NCBI GenBank assembly: GCA_964247055.1
Contig: OZ176054.1
Span: forward strand, 6,262,001-6,326,000
Direction: 5' to 3'
Length of the DNA: 64,000 nt
Origin: Paragordius varius
Taxonomy: Eukaryota; Animalia; Nematomorpha
The notes beneath the pieces are model-generated. The model was not told where the DNA came from, did no database searches, and saw nothing but the letters and a program-made list of their open reading frames with translations. The stretch's first letter is position 1, and every line of letters begins with the position of its first letter. Of this stretch, positions 27,979 to 38,122 are shown one piece after another. The position numbers and the translations under genes were made by a program.

Positions 27979-29655
27979 ATGAATATATATTATACCAAAG
28001 AAGAAATCCGTGAAAATCCTTCCATTAAATATTTTAATGAGAAAGATATTGAAAAGTTTAGACGTGATGGAGCTAGATTCATTATAGATCTGGGAACCAA
28101 ATTAGGATTGTATAATAATTTTTATTATAGACGGTATGATACAAACGCTACTGGTGTTGTCTATTTTCACCGTTTCTTTATGCAATATTCGTTTTCCGAG
28201 TTTGATAAATATGTAATATTTTTGATGATTATTAAGGTCACTGGCGCATGCTGTTTATTTTTAGCTGGGAAAGTTGAAGAAACACCCAAAAAATCAAGGG
28301 ATATTATCAAAATGACCAAAACAATCTTATCCGAGGAAGATTTTGCCAAATTTGGCGACGATCCAAAAGTTTATTTTATTGATTTATTCATGATAATAGG
28401 AGGAATTGATGACGTTAGAAAAAGTTATTTTACAAACGATTCATTTTGATTTTAATGTTGCACACCCTTACACCTATCTCCTTAAATACATGAAAACTTT
28501 AAAATTAGCCAAGTCATCATTGGAAATGACTCCCGAACACGAAGCTAAACTCCAAAAAATTGTTCAAATGACTTGGACATTCATAAATGATTCCTTATGT
28601 ACAACACTTTGTTTGCAATGGGAACCTGAGATAATTGCCATAGCGTTAATTAATTTATCAGCACGGCTAACAAAGTATGATATAGATTCATGGTTTAATT
28701 GCTCGTTAGTGGCTTCCGCCAAAGAAAGTTCAACTAGTCATTGGTATGAAAAATTTGTTACTGGACTTGAACCTGAACTATTGGAAGGTATATAATTTTA
28801 CATTTAATTTTAAATTTTTTTGTTTTCATCTAAAATTATAAATATCTAAGGACCGTGACATTCTTAAAAGAATAAAATCATATAGAGTAGACTTATTTAA
28901 TTTAAGCAAATACTCTTAATGGTTATATATTATTCATCTCCTTCAACACTTTAACTTTTGTTTTTTTTGTGTCAAAATCTACCTTCCGATTGACTGGAAT
29001 ATATACTGCACAAATTGCAAAGATAAATTTATTATATGATAACACACTTTCCAAGTTTATGTTAGCCCAAAAAACTTTTTAAGTAATTGGCCCTAAAATA
29101 TATATTTTTCGTTTAATATTAAAAACAATTATAAGTTTTCGGATAAAAAAAATCAAAAAGTATAATGGCTAAAAAATATATTTAATTATTTTGTTAAATA
29201 ACCATTAAAATCAATTTTTTTCGCAAAGTTTTATTTAGGCATCTTTAACCAGGTCCAACTTTTAATAAAGTTAAAAGTTGGCTATATTACAAGTTTAAAT
29301 ATAATAAACAAAAAAGATTTATTTTTTATCTTTATATCAATCATCGAATACAATAAATTTCAGGACTTTTTATAAAATTTAATAAATTTATTAAATAACG
29401 GTTAGTGAGTTTTGCTATTTTAAAAATGTTTTATATTAATTTTTTATTTTCATGTGTGTTTGTATAGACATTGCACAACATGTATTGGATCTTTATTCAT
29501 CATCTACGAACCACAAAAACTCTTTAATAACGAGTAAAAGTAGTACAACCAACGTATCTCATACCAAAATAATCGATTACGAAAGTATTATGTTATCAAC
29601 GAATACCACATTAACACAACAAAATGAACATAGCACAGCATCTTCGCTTTTATAA
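27979..29655 (+). CDS. CCNK: Cyclin K
   Basis: Exons 27979-28109, 28131-28212, 28237-28368, 28400-28788, 29469-29655 give [75 protein letters not shown], AWTF-like TWTFINDSLCTTLCLQWEPEIIAIA and EDIAQHVLDLY. Confidence 0.93.
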
Positions 29656-29969
29656 TCATTATTGGTTTTTTTTATATCTATATATTTGTATTGTAAATAA
29701 ATTTTCAAATATGAATATTTTTTGATTGATTTTAACCAACACCCAATCTTTAATATAGGTTAAATATAAAATATGTATATATATGTTTCATTACCAGATG
29801 TTTTTAAGCATAATTCAATGCAAAAAATTATGCTTAATATTGAAATTATCAAAGATTTATATATATTAGGTGGTATATACGAGTTCTCTAAGTTTAAAAA
29901 TTCATATGTGTTTTTGAAATTTATGTGGCAAAGTAACCCGGTAACTTAATGACACATTAATAATAAAAT

Positions 29970-30039
29970 GGCCAACAAAGTCCTATTGCCACCTCCCCGT
30001 GGTGTTGGCTGGGGCATGAAAATGCGCTAACGGCAAAGG
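29970..30039 (+). ncRNA. HDV-like self-cleaving ribozyme at the LINE 5' end
   Basis: P1 GGCCAAC (29970-76)/GTTGGCT (30004-10) with a G1-U wobble. P2 TTGCC (29986-90)/GGCAA (30032-36). P3 ACC/GGT around L3 TCCCCGT. P1.1 CC/GG (30011-12). P4 GCAT-GAAA-ATGC. J4/2 G-C-TAA with the catalytic-position C at 30027. G1 immediately follows the left TSD. Confidence 0.87.
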
Positions 30040-30283
30040 CCAGTTTTCTAATGATCTGTAAAATCATTAGTTGTACACAAGGGCATGTGTTACGTAAAAA
30101 ATTGCCTCAATAAACCATGAAGTATAATAATATGAATATGAATTTGAAAGAACATTAAAACCTATCAACATCTCAAATAACAATAATAATTTAACTTATA
30201 ATAATTATTTTGATAATATTTCCTATTTACACTTTTATACCCTATATTTTCTGATATATATTATAATAAAAACTACCAAAACT

Positions 30284-33200
30284 ATGAAAATAAATAATAC
30301 CGTTAGTAATAATAATAAAACAGTTCTGAAATTTGCTACATGGAATGTGGGTACCCTCGTGTTATCTTTTAAGGTAAATAGATAATATAAGAAATGTGAA
30401 ATGAACTGAACTTATTATTTGGTTTTTATAGGGTTTATATAGTAAACTTAGTTGTACATAATTTGCATTATATCAATAAAATTTCAAGTAACAAAGGTTA
30501 TATTATTTACATATTACACAAAAAATATAGAAAATAATACAATTCAAATAAGGGTGAAAGTTATGATATATAACCAAGGTATGTATTTCACATTTGCATG
30601 TAACAGAAAATTATGATATAAAAATAAAGTATATCTTTCAGATTTGCATAACATCACTTCCCCCTTAAGAGAACCCGACCGGCTTCCGCCGAATTCTCTC
30701 GGGGTAACGACGCTCGTGCGGATTTTCATTTATATTGTCATTAATGCTATTGTTATTATTATCAATAATGTTACCATTAATATTAGTGTTATTGTCGTGA
30801 TCATTATCATTACTATTGTTTGAGAGACCGGTGTCGTGGGTGTGTCGACGAATCTTAGTTTGAAAGATAACATTCTATGTTATGTGTGTCGACGTGTTTC
30901 ATTTGATCTCTGCCTGCCACCCTAGACCATTTCTTTTAAACTGGTCCAGGCGCACTGAAATACTATCGGCGCTGTAAGAAATCTGAACAGTGTCCTTTTG
31001 TAACTGACACATCCTCTTATTGTTGAAATCTTCGAGGGTGTTGCTTTAGCTCGGCCTGGGGAGGTAGGCGTCTTACCGATCAATCTTATTACAAGCTTGT
31101 CCGCGCCAATCTTACTTTCCCATCCATCAAATGTTGAATGATGTGGGAGTCCTCCCCAGCCATTTGTTGATAATGATTCCGAAATCGCTATAGATTCTTA
31201 GCCCGTTCGCTTTCAGTGCACTGGCGGTTGAACATATTTTTGGCAGTGTTTTTTTTTCTACATTAGCGAAGTGGTTGGGTTTTCCGCATTTGCAATTGCG
31301 GTTCCAGGCGGGACATTTGTTTGGCCCATGAACACTCCCATAACCCTTGCGCGAATGTGTCAGAGGTTGATTGTTATGATCGAAAAATTATTACCATTGT
31401 TCTAATTGGTATTATCATTAAATTTTTTACTGGACATGCTGGTGATATTGGCAATTGACATTGTCATGGTTGTGGAACTTTGGACTCTAACTCCCCATCC
31501 GAGTTTGGAACCCGGAGGTTCCACTGTTGTGTTAGATTAGTTGTTAGATTAGTTCGATACTCGAATTGCCACCAGTTGTTATCTTTTAAGGTAAATAGAT
31601 AATATAAGAAATGTGAAATGAACTGAACTTATTATTTGGTTTTTATAGGGTTTATATAGTAAACTTAGTTGTACATAATTTGCATTATATCAATAAAATT
31701 TCAAGTAACAAAGGTTATATTATTTACATATTACACAAAAAATATAGAAAATAATACAATTCAAATAAGGGTGAAAGTTATGATATATAACCAAGGTATG
31801 TATTTCACATTTGCATGTAACAGAAAATTATGATATAAAAATAAAGTATATCTTTCAGATTTGCATAACACCTCGTTAACAAAATATTAATGGTAACAAA
31901 CACTCTTAGTCATAACAATATAGATATATGTTGCATCCAAGAGGCCAGATTGAAAGGAGAGGGATTGAAAAGCTTAGACGATTATACACTATTCTTTAAA
32001 GGAAATGACAAGGGACACGGTGGTGTTGCGATTTTCATTAAAAACATCTACCGTGATAACATAATTGATGTAATAAGACATAATCCAAGAATGATTCAAA
32101 TAAAAATATTGATGAATGATAATGTAATAAATATAGTTTCAACTTACGCACCACAATCTGGTCTAAGCGAAGCATCAAAAAACGAATATTGGTAAGCCCT
32201 CTATGATTTGATGAACAAAACTTCTTCTAGCGAACAAACTTTTGTTGGTGGTGATTTTAATTGCCATATTAATAATGATAGTAATGAATACCATGGCGTG
32301 CATGGCGGAAATGGCGTCGGAACCCTCGATAAGATGGGCGAGAGTTTGCTAGACTTTTGCATTGCAAATCAACTCATAGTCGCAAATACCCATTTTAAGA
32401 AAAAAAGCAACCAGCACATAACATATAATTCTGGTGATCACTCATCTATGATAGACTTCATATTAATTCCCAAAAACATTAGGAAACATTTAACAAACAT
32501 CAAAACTTACTATCAACCCTCCTACCAACACAAGCTAATAACAGCATTTCTAATCATCGAGAAAAGCCGTAAGACCGCATCCCAACCCCAAAAAATAAAC
32601 ATAGCAAAGTTAAAGGAGTCATAATTATTAACCGAATACACCAAAAACACAGCGTTAAATATTCCCGAACAAAACAATGTTGAAACTCTATGGAAAAATT
32701 ATAAAAGCACAATTCTAACATCTGCTAAAATACACTGTGGCTTTACTAAACCAATGAGGCAACGGAAAAGCTGGTGGTGGAAAAATGAAATAAAACCATT
32801 GTTGCGTGAAAAAGGCGAAGCATATAAAAAATGGAAAAGCTCGAAAAATAATGATGATAAAAAAGTTTATGATGACAAAAAACGAGAGGTCCAGAAAGCC
32901 ATTCGACACGCTATGAATGAAAAATCCATTAAAATCGCTGAAAGTTTAGAAAAAGACTTTAAAAACCAAACGATTTTTAAAAGACTCAAAAACCTAAACA
33001 ATAGTAATAAAGATGTTAAAACCATAAAATGTATTAAAATGATAATGATAATATAATAACGAATCCCTCGAAAGTCAAAGAAATTTGGAAAACGAACTTA
33101 GAAAAACAATTCAACCAAGTAAACCCGACCAAACAAATTAGCATGGTTTCACCAGTAGCTGGTCCCATACAAGAAATCACCATAGATGAAGTCACAACTG

Positions 33201-34792
33201 CAATCAATAAATTAAAAAGTAACAAAGCTCCAGGCCCAAGCAGCCTTTCAGTCGACCTCATTCGACCCATCACAAACACTGCAAAATATCTAACAAAACT
33301 CTTTAACCAAATAATAATTACAAACCAAACTCCCAACGATTGGAAGAACAGCATAATAATCCCCATTTATAAAAATAAAGGCGATCGTTTAAAAACATCG
33401 TCCTATCGACCTTTAAAACTTCTAGAACACACACTGAAAATATTCGAAAATATTTTAGAAAGCAGGCTGAGAAAACTTATAAGCTTAGATTCAAATCAGT
33501 TTGCATTCCGTCCAAACAGTAGCACAATTGATCCCTTGTTCATCCTAAGACGCTTACAAGAAAACTATCTGAAAAAGAAACAAAAGCTATACCATGTCTT
33601 TGTAGATCTGGAACGTGCGTTTGACCAAATACCACGCTCCACAATTCAATGGGCACTACGTAAAAAGGGAATAGAAGAACATACTATACAAATTTTATTA
33701 CTACTCTATAAAAATACAACAACCAACGTTAGAACCAATATTGGCAATACAAACAATTTCCCAACAAACGCTGGACTACATCAGGGTTCAGTCCTAAGTC
33801 CACTCCTTTTTATAACTATAATGGATGCGGCAACGCAAGACATAAGAACTGAATGCCCTTGGGAAATGTTATTCGCCGACGACCTCGTGATAACGACACG
33901 ATCATGGGATCAACTGGTAAATACATATTCCAAGTGGAAGAAATGCCTTGAACAATATGGAATGATCATAAACGCCACAAAAACAAAAATAATGATAACG
34001 GGTGAAAGTGAAACACCCAGATACCCCTGTTCCATTTGCAGTAAGGAAGTACGTTCAAATTCCATTAAATGCATATCATGTCAATTGTGGGTACACAAAA
34101 AGTGCTCTAAAATAAAAGACAAGTTAACAAATGTAATTAATTTTAAATGCTTAAATTGCTTAGACCCAAGCAATAAAAATTTTAATCGACTAAAGCTACT
34201 TAACATTGATGGACATGACATCGAATTGGTTGACTCCTTCGTATACCTAGGAGATGTCATATCATCTCAGGGAAGCCCACAAAAGGCTATCAAAAGAATA
34301 CAACAAGGTTGGATAAAATATAATCAATTAAAATATGTTTTCCAAAACAAAAATGTTAACAATCGTAATAAATGGTATCTTTACAAGGCAGGAATAAGAC
34401 CTGCTCTTACCTATGGTTCTGAAACCTGGGCATTAAACAAAACAAATCAAACAAAACTCCTAACCAGTGAGAATCGAATACTCAAAAGCTGCTTTCGTAC
34501 ACCAGAAATACCAATTTTCATTAAAGAAAACGATAAAATCGATTATATAATTCAAACTAACAGATTGCGTCTATACGGTCATACTCAGAGAAGAGACGCC
34601 ACCCATCCGTTAAAAACTGTTGAAAACATTAATGTTGATGGCAATAGAAGAAAGGGACGACCACTCTTTTCTTATAATGATAATATAAAAATGGACTTGA
34701 ATCAACGTAGCCTTTCCACAGAACAATGTAAAGATCGTAATTTATGGAGGAAGCTACTTCATGGATATAAAACTCCGAATATGGAGTCCTAA
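30284..34792 (+). pseudogene. RTE APE-endonuclease/reverse-transcriptase ORF, disrupted
   Basis: LKFATWNVGTL|VNK rejoins in frame after removing the LTR insert. Motifs include CIQE, YAPQSGL, GGDFN, MIDFILI, QFAFRP, FVDLERAFD, GLHQGSVLSP and MLFADDL. In-frame stops occur at ~32195 and ~32624, with a frameshift near 33050. Confidence 0.9.
30360..31870 (-). mobile_element. Non-autonomous, internally deleted Gypsy-derived LTR retroelement
   Basis: Identical 294-bp LTRs (30360-30653, 31577-31870) with TGTTAT...ATAACA ends and a 5-bp TSD CCTCG. PBS-like TGGTGGCA at 31567-74; PPT AAGGGGGAA at ~30658-66. Remnants of a gag knuckle (CPAWNRNCKCGKPNHFAN, 31261-31318), RT (DGKVRL; RGCVSYKRTLFRFLTAPIVFQ) and an integrase tail (RRYPERIRRKP). 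Confidence 0.92.
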
Positions 34793-35399
34793 AATTATCC
34801 ATCCATTAATAATAAAATATTCATTTCGGGGGTTTTTGAATCCTAGAGAAATTAATATTAAATTATATTCATATAAACTTAATTATTATTTTTTTCCACA
34901 GTTTAAAATAAAAAAGAATACCAAAGCCCGATCAATTAATCAAATTTTTACCCAAATAATAACCAATTGGAAATAATATTTCAATAATACCCTTTAATCA
35001 TAACAAAATTTAATTTTTAAATATTTAATAAATCTACAACACAATATTAATCAGCCCAAGTCCTACAGCTACGTCCACGTGTGTGGCCATATATTTTAGT
35101 GAACTAACAGAAAAGACCAATTTTTAAATGTTCTACAAAAACATTCATTCTGCAATTTAAGAATTTGTGAAAAGTTAAAACTAACTTCGCTAACTAATAC
35201 CATGTATTCGAAAGAATATTGTACAACATTCCGAAAGGCTAAAATGCACCGTTATAAATTCTACCCAATATCAACTGTATATAATTTTAAATTGCACCGT
35301 CATAAAATAATCAAAACATAAGGAAGTAAAAAATGTTTTAATCAAATATGACCCCGCATAACTATCCCTGGGCAAATAGGAAAAATCAGGACTCCGGAG

Positions 35400-35985
35400 A
35401 ACTTTCCTTCCCAACATATTCGGCCACACTTTCACATTGTTCTAGAAGTCTAAGCAAAAGTCTATTTTTATTTAAAAAAAAGTGGTTTCTTCTTTCTTTT
35501 TTGCCATCAACATTTATGTTTTTAAAAGTTAAAGGATCGGTTGAGTTTCACCTTTGACTATGTCCGTAGAGACGCATTCTATTAGTTTGGATAATGTGAT
35601 CAATTGTATCGGTTTTTTTTAATTAAAGTTGGAACTTCCAATAAACGGAAGCAGCTTTTGATTCGCTTTTCATTTGTTTGGTGTTTTGCTGATTAGTATT
35701 GTTAAATACCCTAGTTTCAGAACTATAGGTTAGAGCTGGTTTTGTAAAGATGCTATTTATTTTTATTGTCAACGTGTCTGTTTTGGAAACAATACGTTAA
35801 TTATTTTATCCAGCCTTGTTGCACTCTTTTTATAGCCTTTTGCGATTGCCCTGACATCACTTAGGTACGAGAAAATACATTTTTATATTATTACCATCAT
35901 TGTTGATTAACTTTAGTAAATTTGAATTTTATTACTGTAGTTTAAACAATGTTTTATATTTAAAATTCCATTTATAAGTTTGCCT
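35400..35985 (-). mobile_element. Older, diverged 3' fragment of the same RTE family in inverted orientation
   Basis: The minus strand reads IDHIIQTNRMRLYGHSQR...KNINVDGK versus IDYIIQTNRLRLYGHTQR...ENINVDGN in the full copy. It also has decayed matches to the FVYLGDV and PALTYGSET segments. Confidence 0.75.
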
Positions 35986-36424
35986 TTTATATCTTAAAAC
36001 ATTTGGATAACACTTCTATTTTAAGGTGTTTTAATTTATTTGGAAACGGGCAATTTAAAAAGTAGGATATTACTAAATCATGGCTCTTTAATAGCCTTAA
36101 GATTATTTGACATCTAGCCAATTCTATTTCCAATAATTTTGTAAAGCTTAAAATTATAATACAAACATTAATCAACACCCCTACATTCGTTTTGGCCATT
36201 TTATATAACCTTAAAATTCGCCTAAACTCTAAAAAGTTCCTCGGCAATGATCAATGTGAATACAGCTTTTTAACATAGTTACCTTTGATTCAAGATTTTT
36301 AAACAAAACTCAATACTATTCCAATCAACTTTCCAAAACTTATACCACTCAAACATAATAGTTAAGCGCTTTATCCTTGTTTTATAAATTTGTTAAAATT
36401 TAGATCAGCTTATTAATTTCAGTG

Positions 36425-36750
36425 CTTAATTCAAATTGAGGTCGTTAATGACCACACACCTGTTTAAAATCAAATATTTTAAAATATGGAATAAATTGAG
36501 ACCATTGCAAGAGTTTATACCTATATAAAATTGATGCATTGAAATATAAAGATTCATTAGAACTTTCTTATTTTATGGATAAACTTGAGGATTTTAGCAA
36601 AACATATTTGCTTAACTAATAAAAAACAAACCACTATTTCTGTACATATTTATGTTATGTGATTTATAAACCGTTTAGTAGTTTTTTAATTAAATTGAAA
36701 TAACGTCTGGGGTCACTTACCCCAATTGGAATCAAGGGGTGGTGTGCTAA
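36425..36750. mobile_element. Diverged short copy of the TTAA-MITE family seen at 40382-41504
   Basis: Shares CTGTTTAAAATCAAATA and TCTGGGGT..TACCCCAAT.GAATC segments with that element. Confidence 0.45.
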
Positions 36751-37551
36751 AAAAAATTTTTGACTTGACTTGCAAGTTTTTCAAGTCACGGCTTACTTTC
36801 ATGTGAATAAAAAATTTAAGTGGACGACTAAATCAAGCAAGAAAACTTGATTCGGAGGTGTTAAATAATTAAATCAAGTAAAACTTGAAGATTCGGCAAA
36901 ATAAGGTAGAGCACACTTGACAGATATAAAAATATGGATAAAATTATATTGGAAACCACTTATGTATATAATTTAGGTTTTATATGTAAATAAACCCTTT
37001 GTTAATGCTATAAACTGTTTATTTCATAATTTTTGGCTAATTAACTTATTGAAATTGGGTGGATACAAAAGAGGATAAATTTTTATAAAAAAACATACAA
37101 ATGCTTGATAACAATGCATATAATATTTTAAATCAATTATGTAAACCGGCAAAAACTTTGATTTACGAAAACATCTAAAAATTAATAATTAAATATTATT
37201 CTTTTTTAAAATTGTTAATGCGTTTTACATATAATAAAAAATGCTAATTATTTCACTTTTAAAACATGTAAAGAGTTTATTTCATCATAAATTATTTCAA
37301 AAATGTTGATAACACTACTCGACAAATTTGGACTTTTTCGAGCACCACCACTCAAATTTTTAAATTTAAACTAATTTAAAACCGAATCTGAAAATTTTTG
37401 ATCCCTACAATCAAATTTAGAGATATTACAGGTTTTTCAGTTATTCAAAAACAAAGAAAATTAAATATAACTTTATAACACAAATTTATTATATTATAAA
37501 ATTAATATCATTTAAACTCCATCTTTTGAGTATAAATATGTCATTTAAATA

Positions 37552-38122
37552 TCAGGAAGGAAAAAATGAATCCTCAATAACATTTTCCGAAGAGTCTTTG
37601 TTTATAAAAATATCTTCTGGAGAATCGTATACTGGGGCTGGTATATTTGGATCATTTGGTACCGGTCTAATAGCGGTAGGTACATTGGGGTAAACAATTG
37701 GTTTTTTATAACGCTTTGCCCGAAAGGCTTTGAAATTATCAAAAAGGCAAAAATAGCACTCTATAATTATTGTAAAAGGAACCTTGATCATGATTTGCTG
37801 GGATACGCCATATCATGGGTACGGAAAATGGCATTATATTTTTGTGATTCTTCCAACCGTGCAAAAGGATGCGGCATGCGTCGCATATTTTTTGGGGGGC
37901 CCATGCTCTGTCATTATCAATTTTGATATCAAAATATTTTGTAAAAAGTTTTCCGGTATTAATATCGATATTCCGCAAATTATTTTTCTTAAATATATAT
38001 TTACCACAACAGATGCAAAATTTATTTGGATCATTTTTGCATTTTCGTTCTAAAATTACAATAAAAATACCTGTCCCTGGATAATTACTTTTATCAACTT
38101 GCTCGTTTAAATATTTAAACAT
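37552..38122 (-). mobile_element. Chapaev3/CMC-type transposase N-terminal Zn-binding region; spliced 175-aa ORF
   Basis: Exons 38071-38122, 37783-38049, 37552-37760 give CKNDPNKFCICCG, RAWAPQKICDAC, PFSVPMIWRIPANHDQECYFC and IVYPNVPTAIRPVP, the typical Chapaev3 N-terminal pattern. A stop follows before any catalytic domain. Confidence 0.75.

Larger units (their letters stand above)
29970..34803 (+). mobile_element. Full-length RTE-clade LINE (inactivated), flanked by a 15-bp TSD
   Basis: TSD CATTAATAATAAAAT at 29955-29969 and 34804-34818; short ATCCATCC tail; single APE-RT ORF starting at 30284. Confidence 0.92.

Noticed and set aside
32190-32630. In-frame TAA codons in the LINE ORF as evidence of stop-codon reassignment
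   Set aside because: The ORF also has a frameshift and an insertion, and host genes end at standard TAA/TGA with stop-free exons, so this is ordinary decay.
35987-36400. Second hAT-like fragment (KKLYSH, RLLKSHDLVISYFL)
   Set aside because: Only two loose motif matches and no termini.
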